Positions 22,630-36,461 of a DNA stretch of 64,000 bases are shown piece by piece. The translations under genes were made by a program, and so were the position numbers. Each line of letters begins with the position of its first letter. The first letter of the stretch is position 1. This DNA is from Heteronotia binoei (Eukaryota), in the NCBI RefSeq assembly GCF_032191835.1, contig NC_083234.1, positions 57,474,001 through 57,538,000 of the forward strand. Reading direction: 5' to 3'. The notes below the pieces were generated by a model. That model ran no database searches and was not told the DNA's origin. It was given only the letters and a program-made list of their open reading frames with translations.

Positions 22630-23100
22630 CTGTTAAAACAATTTTATTTAGTATATGGTAATATATGGTAACAATATCTATTTCTTGCATCATTAATAAC
22701 TTCTTTTTATCTATCCCATATATTATTTTCTAACCACCCTTCCCCCCCACCCTTCCCCCCGTTACTTGACCCCTGCCGGTGTTATTTACTTTAAGTACTA
22801 ATATTTAAAGGTACCCTTAACTAATAAAAACAAAGATTAATATTTTTCTTCCTTCTAAGACTTAATCATTATCAAAAATTGTCCAATGTCCTTTTATTTT
22901 CCACTCTTTTTCTACATATCTTCTAAACTTTTTCCACTCCATCTTAAAAACTCTTAAGTCATAGTATCTTAAAATTCTTGTTAATTTGTCCATTTCACTC
23001 CATGACATAACTTTTACAATCCAATCCCATTTTTCTGGTATTTTTTCTTGCTTCCACAACTGCACATACAATGTCCTAGCAGCTGAAAGCAAGTAGCCTG
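22630..23100 (-). mobile_element. L1/Tx1-like LINE 3' fragment
   Basis: ORF 22862-23092 (AARTLYVQLWKQEKIPEKWDWIVKV...MDKLT...F..EWKKF..YV) resembles the C-terminus of vertebrate L1 ORF2. Confidence 0.65.
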
Positions 23101-23661
23101 AAAATATTTCTTTATAAAAAATACTTCTCTTTCTGTTTTTAGTACAATGTGGCTCATAGCAATATAAAAGTCAACATACAAACAATAAAAAAAACAAATT
23201 CAATAAAAACACAGAGTTAAAATTCACAAAGCAGTACATTAGCACTTGGGAAATCAATAAGAGTAATTAGTATTGTTGGTCTCTAAACAAAGATTTCAAC
23301 TCTCTAGTACAGCCAGCCTCAATCAAACTAAAAACTTTGCAGAAGAGGTAAATTTTAATGGACCTAGTAAAAGCTGCAGTGAAAGATGTCATCCATGCTT
23401 CATGGGTGAGGGTATCAGCAATCCTGGTGCTACCAATCAAAAAGGCCTTGTTACACATTACTTCCTGTTAGACTTCCAGTGATAGGACCGGAAGGAAGAA
23501 AAGAGGTAGCTGTTTGTTTCAATATGAGCTTTTGTTAGCTACAGCTCAGTTCTCCAAATATATCCTCCAAGAAGGATGGCTTCTCCAGATAGCTTCAATG
23601 TCTAGATTGGTTCTTTGGTATGAATCTGATGGTTTGTGAGCCTTTATGTTTTCCTTACTAG

Positions 23662-23823
23662 AAAGTGGAACTTGGGAGAGTCCTGAAGTAACTGGCACTC
23701 CACCATCCCCAAGGACATACCACACATCCTCTGCAGCAATTGGGGACCGGTTGTACGTATTTGGTGGAGGTGATAAAGGGGCATATCCTGTCCAAGACCA
23801 GCAACTTCATGTATTTGACGCAG
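23662..23823 (+). CDS. RABEPK: RABEPK coding exon 4
   Basis: AG|AA-SGTWESPEVTGTPPSPRTYHTSSAAIGDRLYVFGGG...LHVFDA-G|GT; 162 bp. Confidence 0.96.
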
Positions 23824-24289
23824 GTGATTTACCATTTACTTTCTAAGAAAGAGTATAGTCTTTTTCATCTACACCGATTAAAGTCTCCCTGACCTAGAGT
23901 AGGATTGTCACATTCAGGGCTTTTTGTTTGTTTGTTTCTGGCAGTACTCACCAATATGAGCACCTTTTGGCCTGCCCTCCAATACCAGTGGAAGGATTTG
24001 GTGGAAATCAATGCAACCTTGTGTGTGAATACCAGCACTTCTTTGTACAAAATAAGCACTGGACATACTAGTCTCATATTAATAGTTTGGACTGTGATCA
24101 GATATCCCTTGAGGTCAAATGCCCTTGAGGTCAAGTGTAGGTAGCCGCTTCCCTCTTTCCATTCATTCTGAGGACATTTGTTAGCAAGGGACAGGAGGAG
24201 GGCTGCTTGTTTCTTAGCCCAGGCAAAGGCCTCTCTGCCAAGGACACCTTACATTAAAATGTATGGGAAAATTACCTGTATTGTTTCAT

Positions 24290-25030
24290 AGAATCACAGA
24301 ATAGGCCATCTCTAGACCAAACCCTTGCCCAATGCAGGATCAGCCTAGAGCAGGAGTGGCTAAATATAACATAAGAGCTTAACATAAGAGCTACAAAGAA
24401 TAAATGTCACCAGTGGGAGAAGAAAACACACATGTACCGTATAAATCACTGACCTCTGTTTGCATCATTATGCATCTCCCTTTGCCTTGACACCAAAGTT
24501 AGTAAACACAGCTTCTATAAGAGCTATGAAATTAAGGGGGAACCCTGTGCCACCCTCTTTAATTCCCTCCCTCCTTCCAGTGGCTCCCTTGGCTCTTTTG
24601 CTGTTTCCCCACTCTAGGTCTCAGGGCGACCTCTGTGGTGGAAGAGAAGAGCTTGCAAGCCTGCATATTTCCCCCTCATTTTTCCTGCTTCACACATGGC
24701 GGAAATAGTCACCTACCTATGGGTCAGTGCTCAGAGGCTGTTTGAGGTCACAATGCTAAGCATGCTTACTTGAGAGTAAATCCACACTAAGTTCCTCCTT
24801 TGGGAGCCTCACAGTATGTGTGAAAAAGCTACATGTGGCTCCCAAGCCGCAGTTTGGCCACCCCTGGCCTAGAGCGTCCCTGACAAGTGTTTGTCCAGCC
24901 ACTACTTAGACTGCCAGTGAGGGGGAGCTCACCATCTCCCTAGGTAGTTGATTCCACTAGTGAACGACTCTCACTGTCATAAAAGTTTTTCCTAATATCC
25001 AGCAGGTACCTTCCCGCCCTTTATTTAAAC
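24290..25030 (-). mobile_element. CR1 3' fragment interrupted by a MITE
   Basis: ATCACAGAAT... tail, then after the insert GGGGAGCTCACCATCTCCCTAGGTAG...GTTTTTCCTAATATCCAGC, the reverse complement of the CR1 3' end. Confidence 0.7.
24351..24866. mobile_element. hAT-type MITE
   Basis: Ends CAGGAGTGGCTAAA / AGTTTGGCCACCCCTG with a perfect TSD, GCCTAGAG. Confidence 0.88.
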
Positions 25031-26597
25031 CCACCCTTATTTTAAAAATTAATTTTAATTTCACAGTGAATTATTTTGTTTTGTAGGAAGTGTCAAACCA
25101 GTTGGAATAAATGCTTTTTTAAAAAAAAAAATAACAGCTTATTTATTATTTGATTGGTCTAATAGTTGGCCAAATCTTCTTTTTAAAAACCAAATCTTGC
25201 AATAAGAAGCATAAATAACTCGCATGACATTTTTTTTAAAAGGAGCCAGGGCTCTGTGGCAAAACAGTGATCTCAGTTGTTAACTGGGCCTGGCTGTTGG
25301 GAGCATATTTTTAGTATACTGAAAGGTCTTTAATGGGGTACCTGTTTATTTGTGGCCTCAGTTTGAGCTGTTTATGCTGACTTTGAAAGGGTGATGCTCA
25401 AGGGAGCCACATGTGCCACCTGCTCCATGTTTCAGGAAAGTGGGCAAGGCCCTTGCCTGATGGGGATTCTGATTAGCACCTAGTTCCCGTTTTGAAACAG
25501 CCACCACCGGAGGAATGGGTAAACTGCAAGTCTGTTCACCAGGGCCTGAACCCATGTTGGGGGGTGGTGCTGAGAAGAGCCACTGGTAGCGCTGTGCATC
25601 AGAGGCTCCTGAACCACTGTATCACTGGCGTATTTCACAGATGAAGTTCTGGAATATCAAGCTGTTATCTTTAGGGCTGTTATCCAAGGAAATAATTGAA
25701 TGTAAACAATCTTTTAAAAAAATGATGAAGACTTGATATATGTGCCTGTTTGTTATACAGATGGAATATATGAAGCTGCCTGCTTTGTGTTTGTGTGTGT
25801 GGTGTGATTTAACCTGTGACTGGAAGCAGGGCCCCAGGCAGAGAAACTGGGTTGGGTCCAGTTTAAAGTTTCTATCAACAGAAGAAGCTGCAGCTCCTTG
25901 ATCTTCACAAAATGCTACTCCTGAGGTGACAGAGGATGCTGAGGAATGAAATTGGGGGGGAGGGGGTCTGCACTGGAAAATGGTATTGATGGGAATTGCT
26001 ACTTGAAGAAGAAGATGAAGAAGATATTGGATTTATATCCTGCCCTCCACTCGGAATCTGAGTCTCAGAGCAGCTCACAATCTCCTTTATCTTCCTCCCC
26101 CACAACAGACACCCTGTGAGGTGGGTGGGGCTGGGAGGACTCTCATAGCAGCTGCCCTTTCAAGGACAACTCCTGCTAGTGCTATGGCTCATCCAAGGCC
26201 ATTCCAGCAGCTTCAAGTGGAGGAGTGGGGAATCAAACCCGGTTCTCCCAGATAAGATTCCACATACTTAAGCACTACACCAATCTGGAGCCACCCCACT
26301 CCTTGAATTGGAAATCGCAGGGAATGAACCTTGGACCATCTTCATATGAAAAATGTGCTCCTGTAAGCCCCTTTCCAAATATTTTATTGTGGCCTCTTTC
26401 TAAATATTTTAGAATGCTTTCCCCTACATGTGATCTTATTAGGTATTTAAACCCAGAACTCCTGGCATCAAAAATTAGAATCAGGTCCCTAAATGATGAT
26501 GCTGCCTTCTTCCAAGTCAAACCATTGGCCTAGCTTAGTATTGCCTATTCTGACTGGCAGCAACTTTCCAGTCCTCACCCAGCACCTAGTTCTTGAG

Positions 26598-26816
26598 AAG
26601 GGTTGCCACTAGATCTGGTTGGGAAATACATGGTGATTTTGGAGGTGGAGCCTGGGGAGGCCAGGGTTTATGGAGGAGAGACCTCAGCCAGATATAATGC
26701 CATAGAATCCATCCTCGAAAGCAGCCATTCTCTCTTGGGTAACAGATCTTGGTTGTCTGGTGATCAACTGTAATAGCTGGAGATCTCCAGGTGCCACCTG
26801 GAGGTTAGCAACCCTG
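26598..26816. mobile_element. MITE with AGGGTTGCCA / TAGCAACCCT ends (hAT-Blackjack-like)
   Basis: Inverted termini present but no clear TSD. Related fragments at ~40140-40340, ~41230-41405, ~45560-45715 and ~46285-46430. Confidence 0.55.
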
Positions 26817-26879
26817 AGACTGAACCTGGGCATTGCATGCAGAATGTACCATTCACAATTCCTCTGCAGATCTACTGCA

Positions 26880-27525
26880 GGAAATTCCCAAATAACCTCC
26901 AAGTTCACAGGATCAGCATTGCTGTCAGATGTTCATCTAGCCTCTGTTTAAAAACCACCCTCCTGAGGAAGCCTGTTCCGCTGAGGAACTGCTCTGTCAG
27001 GAAGTTCTTCCTAATGTTTAGACTCTTCTGATTTAATTTCAGCCCATCGGTACTGGTACGACTTTCTGGGGCAATAGGAAACAACTCAGCACCATCCTCT
27101 ATAATGACAGCCCTTAAGTATTTGAAGATGGTTCCTCTTAACGGCTTGGTCTCCAGACCCCTCACCATCTTTGTTGCCCTTCTCTGGACATGTTCCAGCT
27201 TGTCTGTATCCTCAAACTGTGGTGCCCAAAACTGGACACAATACACTAGGTGACGTCTAACCAGAGCAAAGTGATATCATCACTTTGTGCGATCTGGACA
27301 CAGCCCAAAATCACATTTGCCTTTTTAGCCACCGCATCACACTGCTGACTCATGTTCAGTGTATAGCGCACTAAGACCCCTAGATCCTTTTCACACATAC
27401 TACTGCCAAAACAAGTCTTCCCCCATCCTATAATTATGCTCTGGATTTTTCCTACCCAAATGCAAGACTTTGCATTTATCCCTGTTAAGATTCATTTTGT
27501 TTTAGCCCAGTTTTCCAGCCTGTGA
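26880..27525 (-). mobile_element. CR1 LINE 3' fragment
   Basis: ORF 26905-27246 (YCVQFWAPQF...DKLEHVQRRATKMVRGLE) is a CR1 ORF2 C-terminus. Confidence 0.88.
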
Positions 27526-28107
27526 TAACAGAGTTGCAATACAACTTGCCCTTAGTCTTGTGAAATGGTGCAAATGTAGCTCAGACCAAAGACCACCAGT
27601 TTAGCTTTAGATCACAACAAACCCAGTTTGATAATATTAAAAAAAAAAATTGTTTTTCTGTATTTTGTCTTGCAAGGGATTCTCATGCTCCAATTTTGTG
27701 GCTGAGAGATTCAAATTACACCTAAACTCCCCCTTCCTGGTATTTTAAAAAATCTCTTTACAAAGTGTAAAGCCCCACCTTTCTGCCATCATCAGGTACG
27801 CTTTGCTGAAATTGAAATCTGATTTGCATTGTCAAATCTGTCTGTAACAATTTCCATTTAAAAATCTCAACAAGGTGCAGAGTTAGGACTTTCCCATCAT
27901 GTCCTGCTATAGCTCCTCCCCCTCTCTCTTGTTTTGTACTAACAACTAGCTGATATTGACAAACACTTGATGAAAAGTTCTGGATGACATGAAAGATTAC
28001 TCATGACTTTGTGGTATATTGGCAGGTCCTAATCCAAAGTATTGCACTGTAGGTCAAAGGAAAGTAATCTCCCTGCATCCTAATGCACTTGGTTTTCTCT
28101 TGCATAG

Positions 28108-28257
28108 CCACGTTGACATGGCAGCAGGCAGAGGTACAAGGGAGTCCTCCTGCCCCTCGGCATGGCCACGCAGTTGTGGCACTTGGAACCAGGCTCTTCA
28201 TTCATGGTGGTTTGGCTGGTGATACTTTTTACAGTGATCTGTACTGCATTGATACAA
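28108..28257 (+). CDS. RABEPK: RABEPK coding exon 5
   Basis: AG|CC-TLTWQQAEVQGSPPAPRHGHAVVALGTRLFIHGGLAGDTFYSDLYCIDT-A|GTAAGT; 150 bp. Confidence 0.96.
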
Positions 28258-28603
28258 GTAAGTGAGGGGTGCTGATTTTAAAGAAAGGGTTTAAAGAGAG
28301 CAGATTTAGGTTTCTCCATGTTAGACCACAAACTATACTATAGACAGGTTATTGGTGGGATTCTGAAACTGATCCAAATTCTGCAATGCAAGTGGAGTAA
28401 TGGTGCAGTTGTGCCACATAAGATCTTTCTCAGATCTGGTTTGAGTCTGTATGAAGCAGAGATTCTCAGGATGCTTTTTAAGAAATGTGTTTAATTAATT
28501 TTCACCCACATTGTCTGTGGTTCAGTTAAAAACCTGTGTGTGAATTTCAAACCAGTTCTGTGTGGGATACAGACTGACTATTGGTTTTATCTTCTATGTG
28601 CAG

Positions 28604-28753
28604 GAGATATGAAATGGGAGATGTTGATGCCCACCGGATCTGTCCCAGGAGAGCGGGCAGCTCATTCAGCAGCTGTTTTTCAGGGTCATTTGTACATTTT
28701 TGGTGGAATGGATCCAACAGGTGCACTGGACTCAATGTACAAGTATCACATAG
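28604..28753 (+). CDS. RABEPK: RABEPK coding exon 6
   Basis: AG|GA-DMKWEMLMPTGSVPGERAAHSAAVFQGHLYIFGGMDPTGALDSMYKYHI-G|GT; 150 bp. Confidence 0.96.
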
Positions 28754-29268
28754 GTGGGTTCTGGCAAGGAAGACTGGGAAGGAGTCTTAAGCGGTTGCAA
28801 ATGACCAGGTTACTTTGCTTGGGGGAGCCAGTTCAGCACTAATAAATGACCCTATTTCAGCAAAAGATGAGGGTTATGTATTGGGTTGGACCCTATCTGA
28901 CATTTCTGCAGATGAGAGGGGGTGATTACTGTCTGCTGTGGTCTTTCTGGGGGTCCACCAGGAGTAGCATTTGGAGCTGCAGCAGTGGGGAGATGAGAAG
29001 GCTGGGCATCTCTGATAGAAAATCCTTCACTCAATGGTGATTTTTAGGATTTGAACCTGTGACTAACACAGCTGCTCTCCCTCACCCATGTCTGAGGCTC
29101 TGAAAAACATTGTGCAAGATGAAAAAGCACAAAAGGCCTGTGCTCATGGCATCCCATCCACAGAAGCCAAAGTGACTAAGTATTAACACAGCTGCTCACC
29201 CACCTCCCTGTGCTTTGCTCATCTGCAAATTATTCCCTTAATGAGTATTTGGCTTTTTAACATTTCAG

Positions 29269-29525
29269 AAAAAGGTCACTGGACACGTCTAAAGTTCAAG
29301 AGTCCTTTGCCCCTGGGGCGCCTGGACCATTCCATGTGCATCATTCCCTGGGAAGCTCCTTCCAAGGACAAAGATTGTGGAGCAGCAGCTGGAGAAGAGA
29401 TCACTGGCCAGAAAGAAGCCACTGGGAAGGAAAACTGCTCCAAGAAGCACCTGTGTCTTGTATTTGGGGGAATGGATATGAGGGGGGAGCTCTACAAGGA
29501 CTGTGTTGTAAGTTTGCTTCAGTAA
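29269..29525 (+). CDS. RABEPK: RABEPK coding exon 7 (last, with stop)
   Basis: AG|AA-KGHWTRLKF...GRLDHSMCIIPW...LCLVFGGMDMRGELYKDCVVSLLQ*. The seven exons total 1107 bp = 368 aa + stop. Confidence 0.95.
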
Positions 29526-30117
29526 GAAAAACCAGATGGTGCGGAAAACAGCACAGCTCTTAGCAAAAGCAAAGGTTGGCCCCTTAACCCCTGGGGAGCC
29601 TTTTCACTGACAATCCAAAACCCAAAATCTTATGGCAAACTACTGTGAATATGTGCATTCTTGTATGTTTCTTGAGGTTCAGGTTTCCAGTTCTTGAAAT
29701 GGTTGGGAAAGAACTTATGCAAATGAGCTGGTTTATTTTACTGTATCTGGTAATTTAAATGTGTATAAATAGATAATGTTCAGATCTGTAGCTGGATGTA
29801 GCTTGCAGCCTTTTTTCTACCTGGGGCTGGCCACAATTAGGGCAGTATGTTTGGCAATTGATGCCTAGAGGGGGGAAATGTGAAAGACCACCACCAGAGG
29901 ATCTTGCTTGCCAAGCTTAAGTCAGAAAAGAGAACAGTTGTCAGGACAACCATAAAGGATTACATTATGGGAGACACAACAGGTGAGAGGAATAACCCCT
30001 TTAGAAGACATCCTCTTCTTCTAAGGGGAGGGAAATGCTGGACTTCTGCTTTTAGTGTGCTAAAGAGCTACCTTGGGATATTTGCATTACCTCTTCCCTC
30101 CCCCCTGGACGTATCTT

Positions 30118-30290
30118 AAAGGTAAAGGTAATCCCCCTGTGCAAGCACCAGTTGTTTCCGACTCTGGGGTGACATTGCTTTCACAGACTTTTTACAGGGT
30201 GGTTTGCCATTGCCTTCCCCAGTCATCTGCACTCCCCCCCCCCCAACAAGCTGGGTACTCATTTTACCAACCTCAGAAGGCTGAGTCAAC
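30118..30290 (-). mobile_element. Sauria SINE, 5'-truncated
   Basis: AAAGGTAAAGGT tail followed by CCCCTGTGCAAGCACCAG...GGTACTCATTTTACC, the reverse complement of the Sauria SINE 3' part. Confidence 0.85.
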
Positions 30291-31464
30291 CTAGAGTCTT
30301 ACATGGTTATATTCATACACATAGCTGTGTGAAAAATCGATGAACACATCTTTTGCTTTCTTGGTAGAGGTGGGATGTTTATGCATCAGAGATGACAGAT
30401 GGTGTTTAGTACCTGTTCCAGTGCCTTCCTCCAGTAAAAGAAAACTACAGGTGGTCTAATCTTAAATCTGACCACATTATAGTAAGCCTCAATATCCCCC
30501 TGATCATTTTGGGATCACATGACAAGGTCATGCCTTGTGCTCAAGAGCAAAATGTCCCTGTTGCATTTGATAAAATGTGTATTTAAGTTGAAGGCATGGC
30601 TGAGAGAGCTGATACCTATTTAATTCTTAAGACCGGCTTAACATCCCAGTCAAGCATACAGATTCTGCCTGTTAGGCAGGTACCACTGAATGAGAAAAAT
30701 TCATTTTATTTTGGTCTTGGCTCTTTAAAGTAATTTCTCCCGGACTAGCCATTTAAAATACACATCACCAAAATGGGAGAAATGGTTAGTTCCACACAGC
30801 ATGTGCAGTGCTAAACTTGTTGACCAATGTAAGGCCTCATCTCATTAGCCTCGGCAGCCCTCAATCACCCAGTAAAACTTATTCAGCATTGGACAGTAAG
30901 CCAAGGCTGCTGAAGCTATGACATTCGTTAACTTTCTTCAGTGGCAGCAGTAACGGCAAAACCAAGTGGCCCATTCTGGCAAAGAATTTAAAATTACAAA
31001 ACTATGACAACTGCTGATGGCACTACAAAAACTGGTGTGCAAAAAAACCAACAAACCTACTCCTGGAAAACTCCAACTAAGTTAGCCTTCCTTCCCTCTC
31101 AGTACACCAGATTGAAGCTGGGACCTTCTCTCATTGTTTGTTGTACTAGATTATAGTAGTGAAACTCTGCTGTTCCTTAAAGCCACTAATCAGTGACTGA
31201 ATTCAATTAAAAAGACGAAGAGCACACCAGTTCCGTTATGATCACTCTTTTGAGGGCACAGAAGCTGCATGAAAGCTCTTGTGGGCTTTTGAGTAGCATG
31301 CCCCGGCTCATCATGAGTTGAGTAGTGCTATCAAGTGGTGGACCAGTCACACACACAATTGTGGAGCCTGCTTGTTACAGAGGTGGCCACAGAAGCATGA
31401 CCCATGTTAATTCAGTTACCCATAGGAATGATAGATTAGGCCCAGATCCAGTGTCAGTAACAAA

Positions 31465-31470
31465 TTTATT
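31465..31470 (-). terminator. HSPA5: HSPA5 polyadenylation signal (AATAAA)
   Basis: First AATAAA on the minus strand after the stop codon, ~275 nt downstream. Confidence 0.65.
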
Positions 31471-31743
31471 GTTGTCACTTGAGGGTAGAAAAGTTTGTCA
31501 CAGAACACACATGACCCACTTTGTTAAATAGAATGGTTTTAAGGTGAACACTTCTAAACCCTGGTTGGTTATCCCCCCCCAACCCCCCCTTATCAGCTGC
31601 TAATGAAAAGCAGTAAACAGCCACTTTGGGCTAGCATTTCCAACTCCACGTAAGTGAAGATTCTGATCACATTCCAGAGTTCAATAGTTTAACAAAAGTT
31701 CCAAGTCCAATATTTACAGTGATGACATTCAGAAGACTGAGGC

Positions 31744-32306
31744 CTACAATTCATCTTTCTCTCCTCCTGTTTCATCCTCACCGGGAGGAGGGGCTGCACC
31801 ACCATATAGCTTGCCCACAATGGGCTGTACCAGTTCTTCTAGTTCCTTCTTTTGTGCTTTGAAGTCTTCAATCTCAGCATCTTGGTGACTCTCAAGCCAT
31901 TCGATCTTCTCTTCCACAGCCTTTTCTATCGTGTCTTTGTCTTCCGATGACAGCTTGCCTCCTAGTTTCTCCTTATCCCCAATCTGATTTTTCAGTGAGT
32001 AGGCATAGCTTTCCAGCTCATTCCTGGCATCAATCCGCTCCTTCAGCTTTTTGTCCTCCTCTGCAAATTTCTCTGCATCGTTGACCATCCTCTCAATTTC
32101 TTCTGGAGTTAGACGGTTCTGATCATTGGTGATGGTGATCTTATTTTTGTTGCCTGTGCCTTTGTCCTCAGCTGTAACGCGCAGGATTCCATTCACATCT
32201 ATTTCAAAGGTGACCTCAATCTGGGGAACACCCCGAGGTGCAGGAGGGATGCCAGTCAGGTCAAAGGTTCCCAAGAGATGGTTATCCTTTGTGAGAGGAC
32301 GTTCCC
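31744..32306 (-). CDS. HSPA5: BiP/GRP78 last coding exon (ends KDEL)
   Basis: AG|[33 protein letters not shown]...EKDEL*; 563 bp. Confidence 0.99.
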
Positions 32307-32605
32307 CTACAAGAAGAGCCATGGTTTACATGAGTTGTTCAAGTTATATCATCTGAAAACCCACACAACTACAAATTGCTCCTTATTCAGCAACCAACGT
32401 CACTCGCTTATATGCAAACATGCACAATGGCTAATCATAATCCCTGAACTCAACAATTATGAGAAGCAATTGTATGCCTTGAAACTTTAGGCTCCAACAC
32501 TGGACATGCCCTATTACTTTAAGTCCATTCTATTCCTCAAAGCAGCCCAATACAAGGCAGTAGCAGAAGTTTCCAAGTCAACAGCTAAGAATGCAGGCTA
32601 TTTAC

Positions 32606-32773
32606 CTTCAAAGACCTTGATTGTCACAGTTGGCTGGTTATCTGAAGCAGTGGAGAAGATCTGCGATTTCTTGGTAGGTACAACCGTGTTCCTTGGGATA
32701 AGCTTGGTCATGACTCCACCAACTGTCTCAATGCCAAGAGTTAGAGGGCAGACATCAAGCAGCACCAGATCGC
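32606..32773 (-). CDS. HSPA5: BiP coding exon 7
   Basis: AG|[21 protein letters not shown]...TIKVFE-G|GT; 168 bp. Confidence 0.98.
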
Positions 32774-33017
32774 CTATGTCAAAATACAAGGCAATTAACA
32801 CATCATTATCTACGTAATGTAAAGCAACATCGTATTTCTGCTCTGTAATTATCCCATTTCAATGCAACAGCTAGATAAATATCCATGCTATACATGCACT
32901 TGTAAATACTGGAATACTGGGCCCCACATCTCGGCTTTAGTGAAAAACCAAGCAGCTTCCTCTGGTGTATGCCCATACTCAAGACAATAGCTGTAGCTGC
33001 CAAGTGCCCACATGTTA

Positions 33018-33290
<273 letters not shown>

Positions 33291-33718
33291 CTACAAGAAA
33301 CAAATTTCATTAAGAAAAAGCACACTTCATTTTTTACTACAAGCTGCAAAATGGATGCATTCAGATCTGTTTCTGCTCAAATACAAAGGGTCAACTACAC
33401 AAATCCTCACTGTTGCTTCATTTATCACCCTAGGCTTGATGGGTCTTTGGCTGTTCCATTTCATTTGTGGAAGGCACTTCAAATAAAGCCCACTTAGATT
33501 GGCCTTAAGAACACAAAACTTTTAAATTCCAACATGTCAGCCATTTTATTCTGAACTGCAAGATTTTGTTTTGCATTTGTTATAAACTACTTTGGAATCA
33601 GATGAGAATGTTAGTCACGGCTGCAAACCTGGCTCCTCCAAATTGGATAGAAAATCTCATACATGGTGCCCATCATCTGTCCAAAGCAGCAGCTTAATTT
33701 TAGCAGAAGGGGCTCTTA

Positions 33719-34165
<447 letters not shown>

Positions 34166-34234
34166 TCACAGCCTTCTCCCCACACCCCACTGGTGCCCAA
34201 ACATCTGCAGAAGACCAACTATTAAGCATACTTA

Positions 34235-34402
<168 letters not shown>

Positions 34403-34687
34403 CTACTGTGCCTCATTTCTGTTTTGGGAACCCCACTGAAAGCACCCACCAAGGACTTCTTTCAAATGCTCTCCTGAGGAAGTTTAGAAGGGATAGCCCA
34501 TGCCAGGTTGAGCAGCCAAGTTACCTCTGAAAGGCCCACAAGTTCAGGAGGCATTAATACCCTTCTCAGATTTAAAAGAGTTTGAAGGGATCCTGGAGCT
34601 CTCAAGACATCTGGCCCAAGACCCCCGAGAACCACTGTTGTTTTCGGGGGGGGGGGGGGTGTTGTTTTCCTCAAAACACACATTTCA

Positions 34688-34891
<204 letters not shown>

Positions 34892-35363
34892 CTAGAATCT
34901 CAGCCCCTCAACTACAAGTTAAGATGTGTTCATTATCCCAAGGAACCACTATATCAGAAAAATGTAAACACTGTTCAGATTCTCCCATTCTATCAAAAAC
35001 ATTACATGTCAATGCCCTCCCAAAGAAATACGGCACTACAGCTAACTTTATAAAATGTGGTCATTTAAAAATTCTGGGCAGTCTAGTCCTTCAGTTTACA
35101 ACTCTGTAAGAAATAAAGGCTCACTAATCACAGTCTATGGCCTACAGGGTGCTTGGCATCCCCTTTTGTAGCTCTGTTAAGCCCCACATAGGGGTGTGTG
35201 CATGTGTGAGAGAGAAGAGTCATGGTTTGGATTAGTGAATCACAAACTGTAATAGGTTAGAAAGGTGACACTCTACAGGCAGTAATTTTTCTAGCTGTAA
35301 ACCTTTATTCAGGCTCAAATTCATTTCTAGTTCTTGGCAAGTTTGCAGCAGAGAAGGAACCTA

Positions 35364-35964
<601 letters not shown>

Positions 35965-36345
35965 ATTGTACCTATTTGGAACATATGCTTCAATACTGGC
36001 ATTTCTCTATACTGCTAGTATTTCTAACTGCAATGCTGTACTGGTGCCAAGATGGTGTCTCAAAATGTGTATCGGTTTCTCTCCCCCAGACAAATCTAAA
36101 AAGGCGGGGGAATTTAACTGGAAGTACAATTTAAGAGAATACCCTTATAATCAGAATGCCACTCCTCCACCAAAACACATGATTTTTACAACTGTTCTAT
36201 TCTAGACTATTATATTTGCAGAACCCATAATATAACATATTACATCAGATTTTACTCTATTTTGCCTCGCACACTAGACTGAACTATTAGAGGTAAGCAC
36301 CAGAAAATAGGTAATCAACTAATTCTGCTCCCTCATTACACATAC

Positions 36346-36461
36346 CATGAGTATGTTGTTCCCAGATCAATGCCAACCACAGTCCCCACATCTTCCTTTT
36401 TGTCATCTTCGTCTGCAAATACACTGCCAATAAGCAGCAAACAGACAAGTATGTACTTCAT
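36346..36461 (-). CDS. HSPA5: BiP coding exon 1 (signal peptide)
   Basis: [40 protein letters not shown]|GT. The exon begins at an acceptor at 36527. The eight coding exons total 1959 bp = 652 aa + stop. Confidence 0.96.

Noticed and set aside
24112-24133. Two AGGTCA half-sites as a nuclear receptor element
   Set aside because: The 10-nt spacing is not a standard DR element and results from a 16-bp tandem duplication.
27940-28010. TGATGA/CTGA motifs as an intronic C/D-box snoRNA
   Set aside because: No correctly ordered C and D boxes with a terminal stem were found, and I know of no snoRNA hosted by these genes.
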